Made by a program: the position numbers and the translations under genes. From Candidatus Staskawiczbacteria bacterium (GTDB lineage: Bacteria; Patescibacteriota; Minisyncoccia; Minisyncoccales; Staskawiczbacteraceae): DNA of 64,000 nt. This document shows positions 48,275 through 58,072 of the stretch, in pieces (positions within the stretch are counted from its first letter, which is position 1; each line of letters begins with the position of its first letter). The stretch lies in NCBI GenBank assembly GCA_963778905.1, contig CAVZWH010000024.1, positions 12,498 to 76,497 on the forward strand, in the 5' to 3' direction. Below the pieces are notes generated by a model that had not been told where the DNA came from, made no database searches, and was given only the letters and a program-made list of their open reading frames with translations.

Positions 48275-48412
48275 ATGGATAATGACATATCAGAAAAACT
48301 AAATAAGATAATTGAATTATTAGAAGAAATTAATACAAACATAATTACCATTGAAGAGAATACAGCAATAAGCGCCACTGAAAGAGCAAGAAGACAAGAA
48401 CAGGGCTATTAA
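48275..48412 (+). CDS. Small hypothetical coiled-coil protein (45 aa)
   Basis: Read manually: [45 protein letters not shown]. Confidence 0.5.
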   Translation: MDNDISEKLNKIIELLEEINTNIITIEENTAISATERARRQEQGY

Positions 48413-48440
48413 TCAAATTAAAATAATAAACAAAAAACAT

Positions 48441-50315
48441 ATGTCAAAAATTTTAGGAATCGATTTAGGTACAACGTTTTCGGCCATGGCGGTGGTGGAA
48501 GGAGGCGAGGCGAAGATTATTGAGAATAAAGAGGGGGCTAGAACTACGCCGTCTATTGTGGCAATCACAAAATCAGGAGAAAGAGTGGTTGGGGTTTTGG
48601 CTAAAAGGCAAGCTGTAACAAATCCAACAAACACAATTTTTTCTGTTAAAAGATTAATTGGAAGAAAGTTTTCCGATGCGGAAGTGCAAAGAGATAAAAA
48701 ATTGTTGCCTTATGAAATTAGAGAATCAGCTGATGGCGGAGTGGATGTAAAAATGGGGGATAAATGGTTAAATCCTGCTGAAATTTCGGCAATGATTTTG
48801 CAAAAATTAAAAGCAGATGCTGAAGCAAAACTTGGAGAAACAATTTCCGAGGCAATCATTACTTGCCCGGCATATTTTGACGACTCGCAAAGAAAAGCAA
48901 CAAAAATTGCAGGAGAAATTGCAGGTTTTAAGGTTGACAGGGTTATAAACGAACCCACGGCAGCCGCACTTGCCTACGGATTAAACAAAAAGAAAGATGA
49001 GAAAATTGTGGTTTATGATTTTGGCGGAGGAACTTTTGATATTTCCATTTTAGATGTTGGAGCTGACACGGTTGAAGTAAAAGCAACCGGCGGAAACACG
49101 CACTTAGGCGGAGATGACTTTGACCAGAGAATTATGGATTGGGTTGTAAAAGAATTCAAAAAAGATAACGGAGTTGATTTGTCAAAAGATAATTTGGCTT
49201 TGCAGAGAATTAAAGAAGCTGCTGAAAAAGCAAAAATTGAATTGTCTTCAAGCTTGGAAACCGAAATTAATTTACCGTTTATAACTTCTGACCAATCCGG
49301 GCCAAAGCATTTGCTTTTGAAATTAAAAAGAGCTGATTTTGAAAATATGGTGCATGACTATATTGATAAATCAATTGATTTGGTAAAGAAAACAATGAAA
49401 GAAGCCGGACTTGAGCCAAAAGATATAAATGAAGTTGTGCTGGTGGGCGGACAGACAAGAATGCCAAAAATGATAGAGGAAGTTAAAAAATATTTTGGCA
49501 AAGAACCAAACAAAGAAGTAAACCCAGACGAAGTTGTAGCAATTGGAGCCGCTATTCAAGGCGGAATTATGCAGGGCGAGGTGCGGGATGTTTTATTGCT
49601 TGATGTAACTCCGTTGTCTTTGGGAATTGAAACTTTTGGCGGAGTAAATACAATTTTAATTTCAAAAAATACAACTGTGCCAACTGCAAAAACTCAGGTT
49701 TTTTCAACCGCAGCCGACAGCCAAACATCCGTGGAAATTCATGTTTTGCAGGGCGAGCGTCCAATGGCGCAAGACAATAAAACTTTAGGAAGATTTATTT
49801 TGGACGGAATTCCGCCCGCGCCACGTGGTTTGCCACAGATTGAAGTTTCTTTTGATATTGATGCCAATGGAATTTTGAATGTTTCGGCAAAAGACAAGGC
49901 AACAGGAAAAACTCAGTCAATAAAAATTGAGGGCTCGTCTGGAATTTCAAAAGAAGAAGTTGAAAGAATGAAAAAAGATGCGGAGATGCACGCTGCAGAT
50001 GATAAAAAGAAACAAGAAACAATTGAAATCAAAAATACTGCCGACGCTTTGGTTTACACTTGCGAAAAAACTTTGAAAGACTCTGCCGATAAAATAAAAC
50101 CAGAAGATAAAAAGGAAGTTGAGGATAAAATAAATGCCTTGAAAGAAGTCGAAAAAGGTGATAATATAGAAGAAATTAAATTGAAGACACAAGATTTATC
50201 TGCAACAATCCAGAAAATCGGAGCCGAACTTTACAAAAATCAGAAGCCAGAAGACAAGCCAAAGGACGAAGGTAAAAATGACGCCGAGGAAGGAAATTAT
50301 AAAGAAAAAAAATAA
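48441..50315 (+). CDS. dnaK: Chaperone DnaK
   Basis: [53 protein letters not shown]. Confidence 0.99.
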   Translation: MSKILGIDLGTTFSAMAVVEGGEAKIIENKEGARTTPSIVAITKSGERVVGVLAKRQAVTNPTNTIFSVKRLIGRKFSDAEVQRDKKLLPYEIRESADGGVDVKMGDKWLNPAEISAMILQKLKADAEAKLGETISEAIITCPAYFDDSQRKATKIAGEIAGFKVDRVINEPTAAALAYGLNKKKDEKIVVYDFGGGTFDISILDVGADTVEVKATGGNTHLGGDDFDQRIMDWVVKEFKKDNGVDLSKDNLALQRIKEAAEKAKIELSSSLETEINLPFITSDQSGPKHLLLKLKRADFENMVHDYIDKSIDLVKKTMKEAGLEPKDINEVVLVGGQTRMPKMIEEVKKYFGKEPNKEVNPDEVVAIGAAIQGGIMQGEVRDVLLLDVTPLSLGIETFGGVNTILISKNTTVPTAKTQVFSTAADSQTSVEIHVLQGERPMAQDNKTLGRFILDGIPPAPRGLPQIEVSFDIDANGILNVSAKDKATGKTQSIKIEGSSGISKEEVERMKKDAEMHAADDKKKQETIEIKNTADALVYTCEKTLKDSADKIKPEDKKEVEDKINALKEVEKGDNIEEIKLKTQDLSATIQKIGAELYKNQKPEDKPKDEGKNDAEEGNYKEKK

Positions 50316-50318
50316 ACA

Positions 50319-51413
50319 ATGAATTATTATGAAGTTCTTGGAGTGCAGAAAACCGCCTCACAAGACGAAATAAAAAAAGCATTTCACAAACTGGCGCACA
50401 AATATCATCCGGACAAGGGCGGCGATGAAAAAAAGTTCAAGGAAATAAACGAGGCGTACCAGGTGCTTTCAGATAAACAAAAACGCGAGCAGTACGACCA
50501 ATACGGCAGAGTTTTTGAAAACGGTCAGCCAGGCGGAGATCAGGGATTTAATTGGGCATGGGGCAACAGACCCGGGGGACCCTCTGGGTCGGAAGAAATT
50601 GAGTTTGATTTTGGAGATGTTGGCGATATTTTTGCAGAATTTTTTGGCGGAGCGCGACCAGGCAGAGGCAGAAAAGATTTTAAAAAAGGAAAAGACATAC
50701 AAGTTGATATAGAAATAAATTTAGAAAAAACGCTGAAAGAATTTGTTGAAAAAATAATTTTAGCAAAGCAAGTTGTTTGCCACAGATGCCAAGGTACCGG
50801 AGCCGAAGTTGGAAGCAAAATAAAAGAATGTTTTTCCTGCAGAGGAACAGGACAAGTTCAGCAGATTAAAAAAACATTTTTGGGTTCGTACACAACTTTG
50901 GCAACGTGCCCCGAATGCAAAGGCGAAGGAACAATTCCCGAAAAACCATGCAACGTTTGCAAGGGCGAAGGCAGAATAAAAGGCGAAGAAACAATTGAAG
51001 TGCATATTCCCGCTGGAATTGACACAAATCAGGTAATCAAGGTTGACGGAAAAGGAGAGGCAGGAAAAAAAGGAGCAAAAGCAGGAAATTTATTTGTCAG
51101 AATTTTTGTAAAACAGCATTCTGCATTTGAAAGAAGGGGAGACGATTTATTTTCAGAATTTGAAGTAAATTTTTCGCAGGCAGCTTTGGGAGATGAAATT
51201 GAAATGAAAACATTGGAGGGCACAAACATTTTGTTGGAAGTTCCGGCAGGAACAGAATCAGGAAAAGTTTTAAGAATTTCGGGAAAAGGAATTCCGCATT
51301 TTGGCGGATATGGCAGAGGAAATTTGTATATTGAATTGAAAGTAAAAACACCGCGCAAATTATCCAGAAAACAAAAAGAATTATTAGAAAAATTAAAAGA
51401 GGAGGGAATTTAA
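50319..51413 (+). CDS. dnaJ: Chaperone DnaJ
   Basis: HPD J-domain; four CxxCxGxG repeats. Confidence 0.98.
   Translation: MNYYEVLGVQKTASQDEIKKAFHKLAHKYHPDKGGDEKKFKEINEAYQVLSDKQKREQYDQYGRVFENGQPGGDQGFNWAWGNRPGGPSGSEEIEFDFGDVGDIFAEFFGGARPGRGRKDFKKGKDIQVDIEINLEKTLKEFVEKIILAKQVVCHRCQGTGAEVGSKIKECFSCRGTGQVQQIKKTFLGSYTTLATCPECKGEGTIPEKPCNVCKGEGRIKGEETIEVHIPAGIDTNQVIKVDGKGEAGKKGAKAGNLFVRIFVKQHSAFERRGDDLFSEFEVNFSQAALGDEIEMKTLEGTNILLEVPAGTESGKVLRISGKGIPHFGGYGRGNLYIELKVKTPRKLSRKQKELLEKLKEEGI
50574..50590 (-). repeat. Intragenic micro-palindrome GACCCAGAGGGTCCCCC (copy 5)
   Basis: 2 mismatches to copy 1; antisense, in the dnaJ G/F linker. Confidence 0.65.
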
Positions 51414-51422
51414 TTTCCACAT

Positions 51423-51494
51423 GCCCCGGTAGCTCAATGGTAGAGCAGTAGCCTTTTAAGCTATTGGTTCCGAGTTCGAGTCTCGGCCGGGGCA
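51423..51494 (+). tRNA. tRNA-Lys(UUU); probable integration site
   Basis: GCCCCGG/CCGGGGC-A; GTAGC-CT TTT AA-GCTAT; CCGAG-TTCGAGT-CTCGG. Confidence 0.95.
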
Positions 51495-52967
51495 CAAATT
51501 AGAACAGCCGTTCGCCAAAGCCATTGCTTGGAACGGCTTTTTAAGTGTAAAAGTGAGGTTTTTACCGCTTAATTTGGAGTTCTGAAATAGAAAGTTGATA
51601 AATGCTCGCTTTTCCATTGGTTCAGAACTTTTGAATAGCGAATATGCCCGTTTAGCAAGGCTCATAATCATTGCAATAGTGATATAAAATTCTTTGTCGG
51701 CTTTCTGATGTTTTTCCATTTCCTTGTTTAGGGCTGTCTGTTTTGCGTCGTATTCGTTGATTTTTTTATCGTAGTCCTCTTTGGCTATTTCCTCGTCAGC
51801 TAATCTATCAAGCAAGTTGCTTTTTCTTTTTGCATATTTATCGTGCTCTGCCCGCAGAGTTTTCATTGAGCCCTCGTAAAACTCATTCTTTGCGTCCTCG
51901 CTCTGTGCCAAAAGCGTCATTAGGCGTGTTTTTTGCCTCTCTGTGAGGCTTATCTTGCGGAGAACCTTGTATATTGGCTTAAATAGGTCATTCTCGTTGA
52001 CATAGAGCCTTTTAGTGTGCATTTTCTTGCTGTTGGTGCAACTATAATAATGATATTTGCCTTTGTGTGTTTCCGCCGTAATCGTGCAACCGCAATCGGC
52101 ACATTTTACCAAACCTCTGAAAGCATAAGGTTTGCAAGCGTATCTAAACTGCTTTTTATTAAAGCCACTAAAAACATCTTGCACTCGGTCAAATAATTGT
52201 TTTGAAATTAAAGGCTCGTATCGGTGCGGATAGAGAACTCCCTTAATTCTCATTTGCCCGTAATAAAACGGGTCTCGTAAAATAATATAAATTTGTCCTC
52301 TTGGTAGGGGCTTGGGAGTTTTGGTATTGCTTCTTAATCCCGCCCTTTCCATTACCTCTTGAATTTGTTTAGTTGAGGAAGTCCCAGTTGCATACATCTC
52401 AAACATCTTAACAATAAATTGACTTCTTAACGGGTCGGGTATTACATTTATTCTTTTGCCCGTATCGTCATAAACTCCCACATAGCCGATTTTTGGTTTT
52501 GTAATCCATTCTTTGTTTTGTATCTTTTGCTCGTAGCTTCTTTTAACATCATCAGAAAGCCTATTAAGATATTGTTTAGCCAAAAATACTTTCGCCTCCC
52601 ACATAAACATCTGGTTGCCTGTTGCATTTTTATTTACAAAAAACCCGTCTTGCACAAAATGAATTTCTAAATCCTCTTTGCGTCGCATTTCGTCTAAATC
52701 AACAGCGTCCTTGAAATTCCTTGTTGCTCGGTCAACATTCTCACAAAGCAAAACTCTAACATCTTTATGGCTTCTAATATACGCAATAACTTCCTCAAAC
52801 TTTTTTCTTATTTTATCTCCCGCACTTTCGTGAAATGAAAAAGTCTCAACTATTTCAAAGTCTTTTTTCTTTGCATATTCCTGCAACCTCCTTATTTGAG
52901 CGGGGAGTGAGTGTCCCTGCTCCTCCTGCTCCTTTGTTGAAACTCTTGCGAGTATTACCGCTTTCAT
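51456..52967 (-). CDS. Large serine recombinase/integrase
   Basis: LARVSTKEQ (catalytic Ser), DRATRN, YYGQM..HRYEPLIS, zinc ribbon CADCG...YYSC, coiled coil. Confidence 0.93.
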   Translation of the reverse strand: MKAVILARVSTKEQEEQGHSLPAQIRRLQEYAKKKDFEIVETFSFHESAGDKIRKKFEEVIAYIRSHKDVRVLLCENVDRATRNFKDAVDLDEMRRKEDLEIHFVQDGFFVNKNATGNQMFMWEAKVFLAKQYLNRLSDDVKRSYEQKIQNKEWITKPKIGYVGVYDDTGKRINVIPDPLRSQFIVKMFEMYATGTSSTKQIQEVMERAGLRSNTKTPKPLPRGQIYIILRDPFYYGQMRIKGVLYPHRYEPLISKQLFDRVQDVFSGFNKKQFRYACKPYAFRGLVKCADCGCTITAETHKGKYHYYSCTNSKKMHTKRLYVNENDLFKPIYKVLRKISLTERQKTRLMTLLAQSEDAKNEFYEGSMKTLRAEHDKYAKRKSNLLDRLADEEIAKEDYDKKINEYDAKQTALNKEMEKHQKADKEFYITIAMIMSLAKRAYSLFKSSEPMEKRAFINFLFQNSKLSGKNLTFTLKKPFQAMALANGCSNLCPGRDSNSEPIA

Positions 52968-55594
52968 TTAATAACTGCTTTTAATTTTCTATGAAACTCT
53001 GGCTCATAGGTATAGTTCCCATTTCTTACAATTTCAGTAAAGAAATTGTTATAATCGTCTGAGCTTACAATATAACCAAAATACTTTTTGCCTTTCAAAA
53101 CTTTGTTTAGCTCGGCTAAATAATTATTAAGCCCCTCTAATTTCAGTTTGTTTTTTAAAGTAATATCAGTTTTATCTTTTATCTCAACAAGTAAATAAAC
53201 ACTATCATTCATTTTAATTATAAAGTCGGGGTTAAACTCAATCTTATATTCGTCCTTACTGCAATCAATATAATAAAAGCCCCTTGATTTTGATTTTATC
53301 CACGCCTCAATGGTTTCATTGTTATTAAATAACCTTTCAATAAATTCTTTTTCATTGTCGCTATCTGGGAGTATAAAATTTAAAGGGTTCTTATATTTAT
53401 CTTTTTTAATATCATAAAATCTTTTTAAAATTGATTTTTTAGCTTTACCCTTAAACAATTCAAGGTCTTCTTTGTCGTCTATTAACCCCTGCCTTTGATA
53501 TTTTTTTAATTCGTAATTTACCAAATCTTCCAAATAATCCCACTTTTCAATATCGGTAATTTCTTGGCAATAAAAAGCCTTTTCATAATCATCTAAAAAA
53601 GTCTTAATGCCAACATTAGAAACTCCAAAATCTTTCGTATTTTTTTGTTTAATTTCGTATTGCTTTTTTTCCTCTTTGGCTTTTTCAGATATGCCCCAAT
53701 CAATACTGCTAAATTCTTCTTCAATCCTTCTAAAATTATAAACTGAAATTCTGTCTTTAATTTTTGACTTCTTAATCGTGGAGCAATCTAAAACACAATC
53801 AGCAAACTCTTCTGCGTTCCTAAATTTATCGGTAAAATCAGTATCAAGCCCAACGCCTTGATTATACCAGTCAACCAAATACTTTTTTGAATAATACTCA
53901 ATTTCAAAATTTGCCTGCATATAGCCCTCGCCCTTATCTCTTAAAGTCATAGTTCCAAACGCAACATCTAAATCTTTGCCTTGCTCCTTAAAGTTAGCAG
54001 TTGCCTTATTCAATGTATCTTTCATTGATATTTTTACTGCTTTCTGCGTTTCTCTTTTCTGTTGTGCTTTATCAAAATCTTCATTAAAATCCTCAAACTT
54101 TTCTTCTAAATAATCAATGTCAAAATTAAATTCTTTTGTTGGTTTAACCTCAAAGCGGTTTGTTGTATCAACAACATCATTAACTAATAAATTTATATTT
54201 TCGTCTCCCCATTTTTTGTGGTTTAAAACAATAACTTCTTGATATTTATCGTCTAAATTTGGCACACGCCTTAAACCCCTGCCGACTACCTGCGAAATTA
54301 AAAGTTTTGAATTAAACGCTCTCTCTTGGTGAGGGACAATTAAAAATACATTCTTGCAGTCCCAACCCTCTGAAAGCATACTAACCGAAATTATCCATTC
54401 AACTTTGTTTGCCTTGCTTCCGTCGTAAATATCAACATTATCAAATAGCTCTTCATTTTTTAAATGCTCGGGGTCAGAGGTGTAGCAAATCACTTTTTCG
54501 TCAATATCCTTTTCTTTTTTGTCTTTCAAAATCTTTTTAAAATCCTCCTCAACTTTTTTGGCTTCGTTAATATCGGCAGTAATGATAATGCCAATCGGTT
54601 TTTTGTTTATACCGTTATTTTTAAATTCTTTTTTAATTTTCTCTAACTGCTCTATGGCTAATAAAAATTGTTGTTTTTCTGCTTGAATTTCAGATATTTT
54701 TTCGTCGCCCTCTGGAAGATATTTAATATCCTTAATTACATCATTTTTAATAGCGTCCATTAAACCATATCTGTAAATAACATTATGCAAATATGTATTT
54801 GTTGCCTCAAACGGAGTAGCAGTAAAGTTTATAATGTTTTTTATTTTATAATCAGCATTATCTAAAAACTCCTTCCATTTTTTAATATCTTGGTATTCTT
54901 GGTTTCTCGGGTTGCTCCCCTGATTGAAATTATAAATATGGTGGGCTTCGTCATTTATTATTAAAACATCTTCGCCTCTGCCGTTTCCAAAACTTTCCTC
55001 TTTTGACAAAACAGCATTTTCGCTTTCATAAAATTTATGTATGTTATCAATAGCCAAACAATTATCTCCCAAAGCGTCCTCGTGCAAAGAAACAAGGTTT
55101 GGAAGTTTTAAGTTTTGAATTGATTTTATTTTATCAAAAAGCTCCTCAAACTTTTGGTTTAATTGTTTTTTAATTGTCTTTGACGGAGTAATTATTTGCA
55201 CTCTTTTAATCTCTGGCAGTTCGTTTAAAAGAATTATCGCAATTAAAAACATTACATAGCTTTTGCCAGTTCCAGTCGGCAAATCAATAGTCGCAATACG
55301 CTTGTTTAAATCGTCTAATTTGCCCTTAAAACCACTTCCGTATATTTCCTTGTAATAGTCCTCTAAGTCGCTGTTATGGGCTAAATTTTCGCTTAACAGC
55401 CCGTCTAAATCGCTATACTCTAAGTAATAGCTTAAAAGCTCCTCAATGGCTTGTTTCTGAAAGAAAAACTTGTTTGTGTCTTTATCCTCGCCCCGTCCGC
55501 AGACAACATCAATCAACTCCTGATATTTTTCAAGGACTTCTGGCTTTACTCTTTTTTTAGGTTTAAGTATTAGCTTGTCTGTTTTTAATTCCAT
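52964..55594 (-). CDS. res: Type III restriction enzyme Res subunit
   Basis: DLPTGTGKS, INDEAHH, FTATP, VSMLSEGWD, QVVGRGLR, FNPDFII..LVEIK; start taken at ATG 55594 next to the mod stop. Confidence 0.88.
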   Translation of the reverse strand: MELKTDKLILKPKKRVKPEVLEKYQELIDVVCGRGEDKDTNKFFFQKQAIEELLSYYLEYSDLDGLLSENLAHNSDLEDYYKEIYGSGFKGKLDDLNKRIATIDLPTGTGKSYVMFLIAIILLNELPEIKRVQIITPSKTIKKQLNQKFEELFDKIKSIQNLKLPNLVSLHEDALGDNCLAIDNIHKFYESENAVLSKEESFGNGRGEDVLIINDEAHHIYNFNQGSNPRNQEYQDIKKWKEFLDNADYKIKNIINFTATPFEATNTYLHNVIYRYGLMDAIKNDVIKDIKYLPEGDEKISEIQAEKQQFLLAIEQLEKIKKEFKNNGINKKPIGIIITADINEAKKVEEDFKKILKDKKEKDIDEKVICYTSDPEHLKNEELFDNVDIYDGSKANKVEWIISVSMLSEGWDCKNVFLIVPHQERAFNSKLLISQVVGRGLRRVPNLDDKYQEVIVLNHKKWGDENINLLVNDVVDTTNRFEVKPTKEFNFDIDYLEEKFEDFNEDFDKAQQKRETQKAVKISMKDTLNKATANFKEQGKDLDVAFGTMTLRDKGEGYMQANFEIEYYSKKYLVDWYNQGVGLDTDFTDKFRNAEEFADCVLDCSTIKKSKIKDRISVYNFRRIEEEFSSIDWGISEKAKEEKKQYEIKQKNTKDFGVSNVGIKTFLDDYEKAFYCQEITDIEKWDYLEDLVNYELKKYQRQGLIDDKEDLELFKGKAKKSILKRFYDIKKDKYKNPLNFILPDSDNEKEFIERLFNNNETIEAWIKSKSRGFYYIDCSKDEYKIEFNPDFIIKMNDSVYLLVEIKDKTDITLKNKLKLEGLNNYLAELNKVLKGKKYFGYIVSSDDYNNFFTEIVRNGNYTYEPEFHRKLKAVIK

Positions 55595-55598
55595 AGTT

Positions 55599-57653
55599 TT
55601 AAATCGTAAATTGTTTAAATAATTCATTGCCAAAATCGTCCATAAAAATTATGGCAATTTCTTTGCCTAATCCATTTTTATCTAAAACAATTTTCTTACT
55701 CTTTACAAATCCTTCAATTTTCTTTTCATTGCCTTCGTCGTCTTCCTCAACATCATTATCAGCAAAAAATGTTTCCGACACTTTAAAAGATTTTTGGTTG
55801 TAATCTTTATCAACTAAAATCATAGCTAAATTTTCAATTCCGTCTTTGTCGCCAATTTTTACGCTATTTATTTTTATTTCAACTCCGTCTTTATCTTTTT
55901 TAATTTCTTCCTCAATTTCTATCTCAAAAGTATTAACAAAATCAAACCCTGCAATGTTAGAAAACTTTGTCTCAATATCCGACTTCTTTTTTACTTGGCT
56001 TATTTTGTTTATTTTTTCCAAAGCAACTTTATCTATTTCGGGAGCTGTTTCGTCTGTTTTGTTTTTTAGGTTTCCTCTGTTGGCTTTTAGTATTACATTA
56101 TTTCTTAAATGTTTTATAATCTGTGAGCTATCCCTATTTTCAATTACAAACTGCACGAGCAAAGAGTAGGGGATTTTGTGGATATAAAATTGAGTGTCTT
56201 TAATCTTTAAATAGTTAGTGTATAGCTTATCTTGGTTCTGGGAGATAATAATATAAACTCTTTTTAATTTACCGCCCAATTTTTTCTCTAATTGCTCTAA
56301 ATCTTGTTTTGTTATTTTACCCTTGTTAGAAAAAACATAAACAAAGTTATTGCTATATTTTCCATTAAACTCCACGCCGTTTATTTTCTCTGCTTTGTTT
56401 TTATCAACTTGAAACAAATCACAAGCAAAGTTTTTATATAAGTCGTCTTCAATAATAATCTGCTTGTCTAAATCTCTAATCTCATAAACCCCGCTATTCA
56501 TAACAATAAATGGCTTATGATTTTGAATATCTAAAAGTCTTTTTTGTGTCGTATAAATAGCTAATTTACCAGCGTCAATTCCAATCCATTTTCGGTTTAG
56601 TTCTTCTGCCATAATACAAGTTGTTCCACTACCAGCAAAAGCGTCTAAGATAAGCTCACCCTCTTTTGTGCTTGCATTTAAAATCCTCGTCAGCAATCCT
56701 TTTGATTTTTGTGTAGGGTATCCTGTATATTGATTTGAGCCACTGATAAATGGTTTTGTATAATCTCCGTCCCAAACATCTCTAACATAAACTTCGCTGT
56801 AATACTTATCAAAAATAATGCTCTTAAATCTATCTGGCAAAGACTTTCCATTTTTTATTAGTTGTATAATTTTTTCTTTATCTTTTTCTGATAATTCATT
56901 GCATTTCCCTTCTTCTTTCTTTGTATCAATAAAGGGCTTTTCATATATTACTTTTTCTTTTTCTTGTTTAAAATAAAAATCTTTGTTTTTTGAGTAAAAT
57001 AATATAGTTTGGTGTTTCCTTGCAAAAGAACTCCTGCTTATTCCTTGTATTCTATAACCATATATTATTTCGTTTATCAATTTATCCTTTCCAAAAATTT
57101 CGTCCATAACCAATTTAATTGCGTGGACACTACGATAATCTAAATGCACATAAATACACCCGTCTTTACTTAAAAGCTCTTTCATTAAGAATAGTCTCTC
57201 TCTTAAAAACTCAACAAATTCTGCACCCTCTAATTTATCTTTATAGGCTTTTGTTTCTCCGTTTTTAAAATCACTTTGTGTCGCAAAGGGAGGGTCAATA
57301 TAAATCAGTTTAATTTGCTCTTTGTATCCGTTATCAAGCAAGTATTTTAATGCTTGTAAGTTGTCGCCATAAATCAATTTGTTATACCAATTTTTCTCTC
57401 CCGCAATTTCGCTCTTTTCTTTGCTTGTGCCAAATTTTCTAATCTCTTGAAACGGGGCAGATATTGTTTTATCAATTATGGTTCTTTTATCTTTTTTTCC
57501 GTCATAAATTAACTGAGCTGTTTTATTAACTCCCAATGCCTTTTGCAAATCAAAAATTTCATTATCAAATCTAAAATCAACTGGGAGCTTCCCGTATTTT
57601 TCTAAAATTTCCTTTTTGATTTTATAATCGTCAAAACTCTTTTGATTTGCCAT
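55599..57653 (-). CDS. mod: Type III R-M Mod subunit (beta-class amino-methyltransferase)
   Basis: YGDNLQAL, YIDPPF, YVHLD, YPTQK, LDAFAGSGTT, WIGID. Confidence 0.9.
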   Translation of the reverse strand: MANQKSFDDYKIKKEILEKYGKLPVDFRFDNEIFDLQKALGVNKTAQLIYDGKKDKRTIIDKTISAPFQEIRKFGTSKEKSEIAGEKNWYNKLIYGDNLQALKYLLDNGYKEQIKLIYIDPPFATQSDFKNGETKAYKDKLEGAEFVEFLRERLFLMKELLSKDGCIYVHLDYRSVHAIKLVMDEIFGKDKLINEIIYGYRIQGISRSSFARKHQTILFYSKNKDFYFKQEKEKVIYEKPFIDTKKEEGKCNELSEKDKEKIIQLIKNGKSLPDRFKSIIFDKYYSEVYVRDVWDGDYTKPFISGSNQYTGYPTQKSKGLLTRILNASTKEGELILDAFAGSGTTCIMAEELNRKWIGIDAGKLAIYTTQKRLLDIQNHKPFIVMNSGVYEIRDLDKQIIIEDDLYKNFACDLFQVDKNKAEKINGVEFNGKYSNNFVYVFSNKGKITKQDLEQLEKKLGGKLKRVYIIISQNQDKLYTNYLKIKDTQFYIHKIPYSLLVQFVIENRDSSQIIKHLRNNVILKANRGNLKNKTDETAPEIDKVALEKINKISQVKKKSDIETKFSNIAGFDFVNTFEIEIEEEIKKDKDGVEIKINSVKIGDKDGIENLAMILVDKDYNQKSFKVSETFFADNDVEEDDEGNEKKIEGFVKSKKIVLDKNGLGKEIAIIFMDDFGNELFKQFTI

Positions 57654-57657
57654 AAAA

Positions 57658-57837
57658 TTATTTGGTTTTTACTTTATTTAAAAAATTATTAAACTCTTCC
57701 TTATCTATTCTAAACTCTTTGCCTATTTTATAGGCTTTTACTTTTTTCCGCTTAATGTATCTGTAAATTGTCATTGTTGAAACTCTTAGCTTTTCAGCTA
57801 ACTCCTCAACAAGGTAAAATTCTTTTTCTTGTGTCAT
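57658..57837 (-). CDS. Excisionase-like HTH DNA-binding protein (59 aa)
   Basis: Read manually: MTQEKEFYLVEELAEKLRVSTMTIYRYIKRKKVKAYKIGKEFRIDKEEFNNFLNKVKTK. Confidence 0.85.
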   Translation of the reverse strand: MTQEKEFYLVEELAEKLRVSTMTIYRYIKRKKVKAYKIGKEFRIDKEEFNNFLNKVKTK

Positions 57838-57841
57838 ATTT

Positions 57842-57997
57842 TTATTTTTTTATTAACCTAATATCGTCGCCATAAACAGCCTCATAAAGTCCCACAAAGT
57901 TGTTAGCTCGGCGGGTTGCTTCCTCGTCTGATAATTTTATGCCGTAATTTTTATAATATAGCTCCCTAAATTCCTCAACAGCTTCTTTTGGCAACAT
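57842..57997 (-). CDS. Small hypothetical protein (51 aa)
   Basis: Read manually: MLPKEAVEEFRELYYKNYGIKLSDEEATRRANNFVGLYEAVYGDDIRLIKK; upstream TTGTCA-N17-TATAAT on the minus strand. Confidence 0.7.
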   Translation of the reverse strand: MLPKEAVEEFRELYYKNYGIKLSDEEATRRANNFVGLYEAVYGDDIRLIKK

Positions 57998-58072
57998 ATT
58001 TTTTTATTACTTTTTAATGCTATTATGTCATTATATCGTATTTAACAATGGTTGACAACAGCAAGCTGTGGA

